Assembly (NCBI GenBank): GCA_032124015.1
Contig: JAQBEH010000057.1
Location: 3,584 to 67,583 of the forward strand
Source: Acidobacteriota bacterium
Lineage (GTDB): Bacteria > Acidobacteriota > Polarisedimenticolia > Polarisedimenticolales > DASRJG01
DNA length: 64,000 bases
Reading direction: 5' to 3'
Shown here: positions 39,102 through 48,013 of the stretch, in pieces
How positions within the stretch are numbered: position 1 is the stretch's first letter
How the letters are laid out: the number at the start of each line of letters is the position of its first letter
The notes under the pieces: model-generated
Told to the model about the DNA's origin: nothing
The model's database searches: none
The model's input: the letters and a program-made list of their open reading frames with translations, nothing else
Program-made: the position numbers and the translations under genes

Positions 39102-40079
39102 TCACAGGACGCCGGCGTCAACACCGGCTGCGATGGCCCGCGCGGCCGCCGCGGCTCCGGCCTCGGAGCCGAGCGCCCAAACGCGCAGCGTCGAATCGGC
39201 GATCTCGTCAACGCGGGAGACCAGGATCCCGGAGCCCTCCGGCGCGTCGAGCGTCGCGCCCGAAACCGGGTCCGAAGCGATCTCGACATCGGCGGCTTCG
39301 CGCCACGCCGCAAGCGCTTCGGCGCGGCCGAGGTGGACGAGATCGACGTGCACGGCGAGCGCGTGGCCGAAAAACACGGGGACCAACGCCTGCGATAGCG
39401 CGATGGGTAGATCCGGCGTTCCGAGGATCGCACGAGTCTCGTAGACGACGCGCGTCGCCGCGGCTTCCTCCCCCGAGGGGAACAGGTGCTCCGGCAGCAC
39501 GTTGAACGCCAACTGGCGCCCGAAGACGTCGGTCGGCGTCGGTTCGAAACGCAGCAGATGCACGGTCTGCTCGCGCAGCTCTTCGAGACCGCCTTCGCCG
39601 AAATCGGACGCGGGGCGCAAGACAAAGGCGGAAACGCTTTTCACGCCGATCGCCCGCTGAATCGGCGCCAGCAGGCTGGCGAGCAAAACGGTTACCGCGT
39701 GGGGAACGGCGACGAGGCGGGCGTCGCGCGAATCGCCGGGGGTTCCCTTCAAGACCGCCCCCTCGATCGATCCGGTCATATCGACGACCAGAGTCCCGGA
39801 GGCCGCGGCCCGCGTCAGGCCGAAGACGTCGTGCCCGAGCTCACAAACGAAAATCGCGGCGTGGGCCGCTGCGTCCAATTCGTCCGCCGCCTGCACCAGA
39901 CGCGCCTCGCCGTCGTATTCGGAAAGAACCGCGATCTCGCGTTGAAGCCCGAATAGGGCCACCTGCCCTCCCGGGATGCCACGATCTGCGAGCGCGGCTT
40001 TCAGGTGCGCTCCCGCGGGGCTGGCCGCGCCGAGGACCGCGATGCGTCCGCCGATCGGATCAGGGACTGGGCGTGCCAT
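39102..40079 (-). CDS. Asd/USG-like protein, probably catalytically degenerate
   Basis: Rossmann IAVLGA, LAFNVLP, VPVFFGH; the NPNCST catalytic motif is replaced by VPHAVT. Confidence 0.75.
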   Translation of the reverse strand: MARPVPDPIGGRIAVLGAASPAGAHLKAALADRGIPGGQVALFGLQREIAVLSEYDGEARLVQAADELDAAAHAAIFVCELGHDVFGLTRAAASGTLVVDMTGSIEGAVLKGTPGDSRDARLVAVPHAVTVLLASLLAPIQRAIGVKSVSAFVLRPASDFGEGGLEELREQTVHLLRFEPTPTDVFGRQLAFNVLPEHLFPSGEEAAATRVVYETRAILGTPDLPIALSQALVPVFFGHALAVHVDLVHLGRAEALAAWREAADVEIASDPVSGATLDAPEGSGILVSRVDEIADSTLRVWALGSEAGAAAAARAIAAGVDAGVL

Positions 40080-40839
40080 CGACGGCCTCCTCGGTCGAGG
40101 CGTCGAGCCCCGCGCGCGGCCCGCCGCGCCCTCTCATGACCCAACCCGCGAACCAGGTCGCCGGTCCCGACAGAAGGTAAAGGCCTGCGATCACCATCAT
40201 CGAGCGCCGATCGACGAAAATCGCCACGAACACAAGCGCGATCGCCACGACCGAGAGGTACGACCGCGGGCTCCGCAGGTCGAGGGTCTTGAACGACCGA
40301 TAGCGAACGTGCGACACCATGAGCACGGCGGCCGTCGCGACGAACACGCCGATCAGCACGGACAGGCCGAGTTGCGTGGGCGGATTCGGAAAAGCGAAAG
40401 CGACGCTTGCGATGCCCCCCCCCGCAGCCGGCGAGGGAAGCCCCGCGAAAAACCGCCTGTCCATCGAATCGCTCCGGATGTTGAACCGCGCGAGCCGAGT
40501 GGCCGCGCAGGCGACGAAAAGAAAGGCGATCAGCCAGCCGACGCGGTGGAACGACTGCAGCCCCCACTGGTAGGCCAGAAACGCCGGAGCGATTCCAAAC
40601 GAGGAGATATCGGCCATGGAGTCGAACTCGACGCCGAACTCCGACGTCGTTCCGGTCAGCCGGGCGATGCGTCCGTCGAGGCCGTCGAGCACTCCCGCGA
40701 CGATGATGAGGAGCGCAGCGGACTTGAAACCACCACGCGACGATTCGATGAGACTGAAGAAGCCGCAGCACAGACTGCCCGTCGTGAACGCGGTGGGCAG
40801 CAGATAGATGCCTCGGCGAAGCTTGCGTCGGCCGGCCAT
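40060..40839 (-). CDS. pssA: CDP-diacylglycerol--serine O-phosphatidyltransferase
   Basis: DGLDGRIAR...EFDSMAD, RLARFN, FAGLPSP. Confidence 0.93.
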   Translation of the reverse strand: MAGRRKLRRGIYLLPTAFTTGSLCCGFFSLIESSRGGFKSAALLIIVAGVLDGLDGRIARLTGTTSEFGVEFDSMADISSFGIAPAFLAYQWGLQSFHRVGWLIAFLFVACAATRLARFNIRSDSMDRRFFAGLPSPAAGGGIASVAFAFPNPPTQLGLSVLIGVFVATAAVLMVSHVRYRSFKTLDLRSPRSYLSVVAIALVFVAIFVDRRSMMVIAGLYLLSGPATWFAGWVMRGRGGPRAGLDASTEEAVDGTPSP

Positions 40840-40904
40840 GGATTCGTCCTCGTGATTTGGACCGGCACTATATCGGAGAAGGGACGGGCGCTCTATTCGG
40901 GCGG

Positions 40905-41498
40905 TCAACCCCTTCGTGCCACGACCGTCTCGCCCGCGACGACCCGGTCCCCGACACCCACTGCCGGCGCCGTTCCGGCGGGGAGATCGAGATCCACGCG
41001 GGAACCGAATCGGATGATCCCGACGCGTTCTCCCACGAGAAGATCGCGCCCTGCGGCAACGCGGCAGACGATCCGGCGGGCGATCAAACCGGCCACCAGC
41101 ACGAATCGCACGGGCGCCCCCGTGGACGGTTGAACGACGATCGTGGTGCGCTCGTTTTGCTCCGACGCCTCGGCCTTCATCGCGGCGAGGAAGCGGCCGG
41201 GCTCATGCGCAACCGACGTCACACGCCCAGCGACGGGACTTCGACACACGTGGACGTTGAACACGTTCATGAAGATCGAAACACGCCCGCTGTCCGCCCG
41301 GATGATTCTCCCATCCGCCGGGCTGACCAACGCGTCGGGAATCTCGGGGGCGTGCCGCTCCGGATCGCGGAAGAAGTTCAGCGTGAACGCCAACAGCAGG
41401 ACGCCGACCGCCGCCAGCGGGGGCATGAACCAATAAACCGCGAGGGTGAACGCGCCGAGCCCACAAACGAAAGGCCAGCCCGCGCGGTCCAACGTCAT
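40905..41498 (-). CDS. psd: Phosphatidylserine decarboxylase
   Basis: FFRDPER, SPADG, IFMNVFNVH, RFGSRVD. Confidence 0.93.
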   Translation of the reverse strand: MTLDRAGWPFVCGLGAFTLAVYWFMPPLAAVGVLLLAFTLNFFRDPERHAPEIPDALVSPADGRIIRADSGRVSIFMNVFNVHVCRSPVAGRVTSVAHEPGRFLAAMKAEASEQNERTTIVVQPSTGAPVRFVLVAGLIARRIVCRVAAGRDLLVGERVGIIRFGSRVDLDLPAGTAPAVGVGDRVVAGETVVARRG

Positions 41499-41707
41499 CC
41501 GTGCCGACCCGCGAGTTCCGGCCGATGGACCAGGATCGACTCCATCTCGTCTTTGACCTTGAGCTTCATCTTTTTCAGCATCGATTCTTCGAGTTGCTCC
41601 GGCTCGGTCGGAAACCGCCGGCCCGCGAGCACGGCCAGCCGCTCTTCGAGTTCCCGGTGCTTGAGGGAGAGCCGATTCAAATTGACCTCGTCCTTGCTTG
41701 GGTTCAT
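41495..41707 (-). CDS. DUF465/YdcH-family small coiled-coil protein
   Basis: HRELEERL...LKKMKLKVKDEM; AGGAGG RBS. A candidate TTGCCT-N17-TACAGT promoter lies upstream. Confidence 0.8.
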   Translation of the reverse strand: MNPSKDEVNLNRLSLKHRELEERLAVLAGRRFPTEPEQLEESMLKKMKLKVKDEMESILVHRPELAGRHG

Positions 41708-41783
41708 GCGGTTCCTCCTGCTGCGGATCTTCGAATCAGACGCTGCAACTGTAGGCGCGCCGACTCCGCAAGGCAACGTGACG

Positions 41784-42245
41784 TCATGCGGATGAGAGGG
41801 CGCACGTCAACAGCAACGCATCCTCCCCCGTGTCCGCGTAGTACCCCGGGCGGCGCCCAACGACGCGAAACCCGAAGCCCTCATACAGCGCGCGGGCCGG
41901 CCCGTTTCCCAGACGCACTTCGAGGGTCGCGCGGCGGCATCCGCGAACGCGCGCCCCGTCGGTGAGATGCCTCAGCAGCGCACTTGCGATCCCCAGCCGC
42001 CGCTTCGAGGAATCGACGGCGAGGTCGTTGATCATCAATTCGTCGGCGACGATGTACGCGCAGGCAAAGGCCGCCACCCTCCCTTCCGCCCGCACAACGA
42101 GATTCCAGGCCAACGGATTGCCTTCGATCTCGTGCCGAAAATTGGCTTCGGTCCACGGCGTCGTGAACGACTCGCGCTCGATCGCCAAAACCAGAGGCAA
42201 ATCCGCGACCGTCATCGGTTCGATGGCGACCGGGCCGTCCGTCAT
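41784..42245 (-). CDS. rimI: Ribosomal protein S18 alanine N-acetyltransferase
   Basis: IERESFTTPW, LEVR..N..ARALY..FGF, RPGYY, EDA. Confidence 0.9.
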   Translation of the reverse strand: MTDGPVAIEPMTVADLPLVLAIERESFTTPWTEANFRHEIEGNPLAWNLVVRAEGRVAAFACAYIVADELMINDLAVDSSKRRLGIASALLRHLTDGARVRGCRRATLEVRLGNGPARALYEGFGFRVVGRRPGYYADTGEDALLLTCALSSA

Positions 42246-42922
42246 CCCTGCCTGACCTTCGCGCTCGCCGGCCGCACGTACAAAGGGGCCACGTCACCTG
42301 CGGCCGTCGTCCCGGCGGCGAGCTTCGCGAGCGCGATGCGGCCCGCGGCGGCGGCGACGGATGTCCCCGCGCGACCGATCGGGCCGGCGTATCCCGCCTC
42401 GCGCAGCCGCTCTTCGTGGACGCGCGCGCCCTCTCCGAACAGGGCGAGCGTTGCGCCGGACTCGATGGCGAGCGCGGGAGCTCCCACCCAGGCGGCCCGC
42501 AGCTCGAACGGAGGGCTCGAACCTGCGTCGAAACGCGCGCCGTACACTTCACCGCGGCCTGCGTCCAAAAGCGGCACGCGGTCGGCCGCGGCCGGACCGT
42601 ACGCTTCCGCCATCGCGTGGAGCGTGCCCACGCCCACGCAGGGACGCCCGGCGACGAGCGCGAACCCGCTCATCAACCCGAGGCCGACGCGAACCCCCGT
42701 GAACGATCCCGGCCCACGCACCGCGGCGTACGCGTCGACCGAGTTTCTCGGCCAGTCCGCGGTCGCGAGCAGTCCTTCCACCAAGGGGAGCAACCGCGCC
42801 GCGTGCGACCCTTCTACGTGAACGCCGATCTCAGCGACGAGTCTCGGCACGCCTTCGCGCACCTCAAGCAAGGCGACCCCGCCCCACCAGGTCGAGGCGT
42901 CGATCGCGAGCAGACGCATCAC
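42242..42922 (-). CDS. tsaB: tRNA t6A biosynthesis protein TsaB
   Basis: LAIDAS, GPGSFTGVRVG, DAGRGEVY, PLYVR. Confidence 0.93.
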   Translation of the reverse strand: MMRLLAIDASTWWGGVALLEVREGVPRLVAEIGVHVEGSHAARLLPLVEGLLATADWPRNSVDAYAAVRGPGSFTGVRVGLGLMSGFALVAGRPCVGVGTLHAMAEAYGPAAADRVPLLDAGRGEVYGARFDAGSSPPFELRAAWVGAPALAIESGATLALFGEGARVHEERLREAGYAGPIGRAGTSVAAAAGRIALAKLAAGTTAAGDVAPLYVRPASAKVRQG

Positions 42923-44130
42923 ACCGGCCTGGCGGGACGCTCCGGTCCGGCGTGCTCGAGGAATTCGAAAAGATCCTGCTCGCCCTTCCCCGCGTCCAGA
43001 TCGAACGCGACGCCGACCTCGAAACGATCGGATTCGCCCGAGGGCACCTCCTCGAGCCTCACGACGCGCCCGCGAAGCGTCAAGACCCGCAAAGGCGCCT
43101 CGGGGCCTCCGCTCTCGAGCCGGATCTCGATGTCCTCACCCACTTCAATGGGCTCGGGGCTCGCAAAGAGCAGTCCGTTCCGGCTCAGGTTCCGCGCCCG
43201 TCCCGCTCCCACGTCGGCGGGAGCGAGCACCTCGATCTCGCAGCGCCGCGCCTGGAGATCGAAGCGCAAGAAGCGTCGGCGCTCGGGGCTGTGCACGAGG
43301 ACCGCGTTCTTGCCGGAGCCCTTCGCCTGATACAGGGCCTGGGCTGCCCGCGCGACCAAGGCCTCGGCGTCGACGCCGTCGTCGGGGTAGGCCGCGACGC
43401 CTCCCGACACGGTCAAATCCGCCGGCCTCCCCCCCGCTTCTCGCTTGCCAAAGTGCGCCGCAAGCTCGCGGCGAAACCGGTCGGCGACGAGAAAGGCGCC
43501 GTGACGGCCGGTTTGCGGGAGCAGGATCGCCAATTCGTCTTCTCCGGGGCGCGCGGCCAAGTCGATGTCGCGGATCTTGTTGCCGAGGATGATCGCCGCC
43601 TCGCGCAGCAGGCGATCCGCGACCAGCCGTCCGAGGCGCAGGTTGATCTCGCCGAATCGGTCCAAGTCGAAGATCGCGATGGCGACCGGGTGACCGTAGC
43701 GGCGCGCCCGGCGCAGCTCGCCCTGAAGGGCGACGCGAAAGGGACGGTCCCCCGCGAGGCCGGTCAAGGGGTCGATGTCGACGCGCGTCGGGGCTTCTTC
43801 CATGGCGACGTCGATCAAGGTCGGGTTCACCAGCCGCCGATTGACGTTCATGAAGTAGTCGAGGACGGCGACTCTCAGGCCGGCGTCGCGTCCAAGGGAG
43901 AGCGAGAAGGCATGACGGTGCGCCAGAATCCCTTCCCAATGCGCGCGGGCTTCGGCCTCGTCGAAGGCGAGTTGAGTCAGGATGAGAATGAGCGCGGCGT
44001 GCGCTTCGATCCCGGACTCTTTCGAGATCGCGTCGAGTCGCGCGAATAATCGTTCGGTGTTCCGGGTGTCCTCCGCCAGCAGCTGAAGGAGCTGGTCTTT
44101 GAGTAGAGCCGCCTCTTGGCGCGTGATCAT
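42919..44130 (-). CDS. GGDEF (degenerate GEDEL) plus PilZ-domain protein
   Basis: DPLTGL, RDID-LAARP-GEDEL, C-terminal RRFLR and NLSRNG. Confidence 0.85.
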   Translation of the reverse strand: MITRQEAALLKDQLLQLLAEDTRNTERLFARLDAISKESGIEAHAALILILTQLAFDEAEARAHWEGILAHRHAFSLSLGRDAGLRVAVLDYFMNVNRRLVNPTLIDVAMEEAPTRVDIDPLTGLAGDRPFRVALQGELRRARRYGHPVAIAIFDLDRFGEINLRLGRLVADRLLREAAIILGNKIRDIDLAARPGEDELAILLPQTGRHGAFLVADRFRRELAAHFGKREAGGRPADLTVSGGVAAYPDDGVDAEALVARAAQALYQAKGSGKNAVLVHSPERRRFLRFDLQARRCEIEVLAPADVGAGRARNLSRNGLLFASPEPIEVGEDIEIRLESGGPEAPLRVLTLRGRVVRLEEVPSGESDRFEVGVAFDLDAGKGEQDLFEFLEHAGPERPARPV

Positions 44131-45335
44131 CGAACGGCTCCCCGCGGGCCGCGGGCTCCCAACCGCGAAAGCGACACTCGCGCCACCAGCTGGGGCTCGG
44201 GGAGCGGATCGTCGAAGGCGACCCCGACTTGCCCGCGGGTGGGCCGGGCGGGATCGGCGACGACGCGCACGACGCGACCGGAAAGGTGGAAAGCCTCCTC
44301 GATGCCGTCACCATCGCACCGCTCGAAGTTGAGCTGCACCCGATCCGCGACCGACAGCCCCATTCCCGCATCGAGAAGCACGCCGGTCCGGCTGAGGTTG
44401 ACGGCGAGCGCGCCGACCCCGGTCACACTTCCCAGGCGTACCGCGGTCCCCGTCTTGACGGGGAAGCGCAGCGCCGCCCGTTTCTCGCGGAAGTGAACGC
44501 AGACGCGATTCCTCCCGGCGTGCTTCGCGCCGTAAAGCGCCTCGTCCGCTCGCGCGAGGAGCTCGTCTGCGTGCAGGCCGTCCTCGGGAAACGTCGCGAG
44601 CCCCGCGGAAATGGTCATCGAGATGTCGTGCCCGTCGACGGGCCGGCATTGGAACGCTTGCTCCACATGGCGCCGGATTCGCTCGGCGACGGCGTATCCG
44701 CCCTCGCGTCCGGTCTCCGGAAGTACGACCGCGAACTCTTCGCCACCGAACCGGCACGCCGCGTCGGCGTCGCGAACCGCGTGGCGGACGATCCCTCCGA
44801 CCCGTTCGAGCACGAGGTCACCGAGCATGTGGCCGAAAGAATCATTGACGTCCTTGAAGTGATCCAGGTCGAGCATCAAAACGGTCACCGGCCAGCGATA
44901 GCGGCGGCTGCGGCGAATCTCGGCGTCCAGCGTTTCGTGAAAAACGAGCCGGTTCGCGAGCCCGGTGAGGGCATCGGTTCGGGCCGACCGCTGGGTCTCT
45001 TCAAACTCGTCCATCTCGACGATCTTCGGGTTCTCGTACCGCCTCTCGATATTGGAGAGATAGTCCATCGCGGCGACCCTCAAGCCGGGGTCGCGTCCCA
45101 GATCGCGGACCAACGCGCTCCGGTGATCGAGAACCCGCTCCAGGAGAAGCTCGGCCTCGGCATCGTCGACCTTGAGGTGGAACAGAAAACGGACGGCGTT
45201 GGCGAATACCGGAGTGTTTTCGAGTTCGCTCAAGGACTTGAGCCGTCCGACCCACCGGCCGGGGTCGGGATGGTCGTCCGAAAGGAGGCTCATCAGCTTG
45301 CCGCGGGCCCTGTCCCCCAGCCGCGACGCCTCCAC
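44127..45335 (-). CDS. Diguanylate cyclase (GGEEF) plus PilZ-domain protein
   Basis: DALTGLAN, DLDHFKDVNDSFGH, RDAD I-site, RFGGEEF, C-terminal RAALR and NLSRTG. Start is uncertain. Confidence 0.9.
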   Translation of the reverse strand: MEASRLGDRARGKLMSLLSDDHPDPGRWVGRLKSLSELENTPVFANAVRFLFHLKVDDAEAELLLERVLDHRSALVRDLGRDPGLRVAAMDYLSNIERRYENPKIVEMDEFEETQRSARTDALTGLANRLVFHETLDAEIRRSRRYRWPVTVLMLDLDHFKDVNDSFGHMLGDLVLERVGGIVRHAVRDADAACRFGGEEFAVVLPETGREGGYAVAERIRRHVEQAFQCRPVDGHDISMTISAGLATFPEDGLHADELLARADEALYGAKHAGRNRVCVHFREKRAALRFPVKTGTAVRLGSVTGVGALAVNLSRTGVLLDAGMGLSVADRVQLNFERCDGDGIEEAFHLSGRVVRVVADPARPTRGQVGVAFDDPLPEPQLVARVSLSRLGARGPRGAVR

Positions 45336-45458
45336 GTCTGACCCCCTTCTACCCGCCCTTTTGACGGCTGCACGACACGCGGCGGATCGTAACACGCGGC
45401 AGGTTGGGCAAGGTAGGCCTCCTCCCAGGGCCGTGGCTCCGAAAATTTCGTGTCCGCC

Positions 45459-45486
45459 TGAAAACCTTTCGCGTCTCCGCGCGTAT
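45459..45486 (+). promoter_or_regulatory. ECF (SigW-like) autoregulatory promoter
   Basis: TGAAAAC-N16-CGTAT directly upstream of the ECF gene. Confidence 0.65.
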
Positions 45487-45497
45487 CAATGAACACG

Positions 45498-46145
45498 ATG
45501 GAACCCATGCGCAAGTCGTCCCCGGCCCCAGGAGCCGTCCGAAGCACGGTTTCAGATCTGGCCGGTTTTTCCGACGAGCGCCTGGTCGAAGAAACTCTGG
45601 CCGGCGATCGCGACGCTTTCGGAGCGCTGGTGCTTCGTCATCAACGCGGGCTCGTGAACTACATCTTCCGGCTCGTGGGTTCGCGCGATGCCGCGACCGA
45701 CCTTTCGCAAGAGGTCTTCCTCAAAGTCTTCGTTTCGCTCGATTCCTTCGATCCCCGCTACCGGTTCACGACGTGGCTCTACCGCATCGCCTCCAACAGG
45801 GCGATCGACCATTTGCGCCGCAGACAGCCGCGCGCGCTCTCGCTCAGCGAGCCTTCCTCCTCCGGCGAGGCCCCTGCGGCCCCGGTGATCGCGGGGAACG
45901 ATCCGTCCCCCGATGACGTCCTTCGCGGGCGGGAACTCGGGAGCCGGATCCACAAAGCGATCGCGGCGCTGCCGACGAGCTACCGTCAGTTGATCGTCCT
46001 GCGGCACAGTCAAAGCTGTCGCTACGACGAGATCGCAAGGATCACGGGGCTGCCGCTCGGAACGGTGAAAAACCGCATTTTTCGAGCGCGCGAGATCCTC
46101 AGAGCGCGGCTGGTCGATGTCCTCGGCCCCGAGACGGCAGGATGA
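45498..46145 (+). CDS. ECF RNA polymerase sigma factor (SigW/RpoE-like)
   Basis: DLSQEVFLK, FTTWLYRIASN, YDEIA, GTVKNRIFRAR. Start may be 45489, 45498 or 45507. Confidence 0.93.
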   Translation: MEPMRKSSPAPGAVRSTVSDLAGFSDERLVEETLAGDRDAFGALVLRHQRGLVNYIFRLVGSRDAATDLSQEVFLKVFVSLDSFDPRYRFTTWLYRIASNRAIDHLRRRQPRALSLSEPSSSGEAPAAPVIAGNDPSPDDVLRGRELGSRIHKAIAALPTSYRQLIVLRHSQSCRYDEIARITGLPLGTVKNRIFRAREILRARLVDVLGPETAG

Positions 46146-46747
46146 CCGGCTGCCGTCGCATCCGCCCCTGGATCGTCCGCTCCGTGGACGGTGATCTGGA
46201 GCCCGGCGAGGCGTTTCGCCTGGCGCGACACCTCACGACCTGCACCGCCTGCCGCATCGTGCTCGCCCGCGAATCGAGGCTCGCCGAGATGCTCGACGGA
46301 GCGGACGACGCTTTCGGCGTCGGCGAGTCTTTTTTCGAAGGGGTCATGGCCTCGCTTCCGGAACGGCCCGTGCGGCCCGCCGTGGAATTGTCGCGGGAAA
46401 CAGGCTCGAGACGAGGGCTCCGTCTCGCCTCTTGGGGGGCGATTGCCGCGCTGGGCGGAGGTCTCGCCGCGCGCATAGTGCCGTCCCTGCGCCTGGACGT
46501 GGCGGCGCCGGCGATGCCGCGTTTCACCCCGGACGACACCGACGGCTTGATCACCGTGATCGGCTCGGTCGCGCAGTGGATTCGGCTGACCGCGCAGTCG
46601 GTCTCCTGGGCCGGCTCGTCCGGGGCTTGGGGCGCATGGACGATCGGAGCGATCTCGCTCTCGGCCGTGCTCGTTGCCCTGGCCGCCCTCCTCACGGTTT
46701 CCGGCGCACTCGCCTGGGTTTCCCGCACCGGCTCCCGCGTATCCTAA
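46142..46747 (+). CDS. Zinc-binding (zf-HC2) membrane anti-sigma factor
   Basis: HLTTCTAC (HxxxCxxC), TM segments, ATGA coupling to the sigma gene. Confidence 0.85.
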   Translation: MTGCRRIRPWIVRSVDGDLEPGEAFRLARHLTTCTACRIVLARESRLAEMLDGADDAFGVGESFFEGVMASLPERPVRPAVELSRETGSRRGLRLASWGAIAALGGGLAARIVPSLRLDVAAPAMPRFTPDDTDGLITVIGSVAQWIRLTAQSVSWAGSSGAWGAWTIGAISLSAVLVALAALLTVSGALAWVSRTGSRVS

Positions 46748-46756
46748 CTCGACCGG

Positions 46757-48013
46757 TCAGACGATGCCGTCGCGCAGCGCCGCCGCGGAGACACCCGCGC
46801 GCCGCGCGGCCGCCTCGATATCGCCTTTTGCGTCCCGCAGGGCTCGGCGCAAGAAGTACCGCGTAAACGCCGTGAGGCCGTCGGCCAACGTCTCGAACGA
46901 ACCGTAGAGGTCCTCCGCGGCGTGAGACGCGCCTCCCGGACCCAGCGGCAGGTCCGAGACCTGGATTTCGTCTGCCGGCGCGAGTAGCAGGGCACGTTCC
47001 ACGGCGTTGCGAAGCGCGCGGAGGTTTCCCGGCCAATCATGGCGGCTAAGCGCCGCGAGCGCCTCGTCGGAAAACCGTTTCTCCGAGCGGCCATACTCCC
47101 GCGCGAGGTCGTGCTGAAACCGCAGGGCAAGCGGCGCGATGTCCTCCCGCCTGGCGCGCAAAGGGGCGGTTGTGATCCGGACGACGTCGAGATGTTCGCG
47201 GAGGGGCGAGGTCAGTCCCGTGGGGTCAGAGGCGGCCGTGGCGATCCACCGGACGCCGGGATGTTCGGGCATCCAGGCGGCGATCGCCGCCTGAAGAGCG
47301 CCCGGCAAGGCATCGACGTCCTCCAGGAAGACCGAGCCACGCTCCGCGAGCACGAGGCGACCCGCACCCGCCTCCGACCCGAACAGCACGGCGGCACCCG
47401 CGGTGCCGCTCAGGCCGGCACAGGCGATGTGTACGAAGGCCTGTTCCGCGTGGCGACTTGCCGAATGCACATGGCGTGCAACGGTCTCCCGGCCCGAGCC
47501 CACCTCGCCGCAGACCAAAACGGGCGCTACCGACGCCGCCGCGGCGTCGGCTTCGCGCCGTACCCTTCGGGCGGCCTCGCTGTCGCCCAGGATCTCCGTA
47601 TCGCGTGCGAGCTGGTCGAGCAACGAGCGGTTGCGCTTTTCGAGACGACGCTGGCGGAGCGCGTTGCGCAGCACAAGGAGGGTCTTTTCGAGCGAGAGCG
47701 GCTTTTCGACGAAGTCGAACGCTCCGAGCTTCGTCGCCTTCACGGCGGTTTCGATCGTGCCGTGCCCCGAGATCATCACGACTTCAGCATCGATACCTCG
47801 CGCCTTCAGCCGGGACAGCGTTTCGAGGCCGTCGATGCCGGGAAGCCAAACGTCGAGCAGCAGAGCGTCGAACGGCTGGGCCGAGGCCGCGCTCACGCCT
47901 TCCTCCCCCGAGCCGACGACGGCCACGCCGTACCCCTCGTCCTTCAGGATCGCCTGGAGCATCGAGCGGACTCCCGGTTCGTCATCGACGACCAGGATCG
48001 ATTCACGACTCAT
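46757..48013 (-). CDS. NtrX-like response regulator with degenerate AAA+ domain
   Basis: Receiver LLDVWLPG and ISGHGTIETAV, WPGNLRAL, HTH; the GAFTGA motif is absent. Confidence 0.88.
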   Translation of the reverse strand: MSRESILVVDDEPGVRSMLQAILKDEGYGVAVVGSGEEGVSAASAQPFDALLLDVWLPGIDGLETLSRLKARGIDAEVVMISGHGTIETAVKATKLGAFDFVEKPLSLEKTLLVLRNALRQRRLEKRNRSLLDQLARDTEILGDSEAARRVRREADAAAASVAPVLVCGEVGSGRETVARHVHSASRHAEQAFVHIACAGLSGTAGAAVLFGSEAGAGRLVLAERGSVFLEDVDALPGALQAAIAAWMPEHPGVRWIATAASDPTGLTSPLREHLDVVRITTAPLRARREDIAPLALRFQHDLAREYGRSEKRFSDEALAALSRHDWPGNLRALRNAVERALLLAPADEIQVSDLPLGPGGASHAAEDLYGSFETLADGLTAFTRYFLRRALRDAKGDIEAAARRAGVSAAALRDGIV

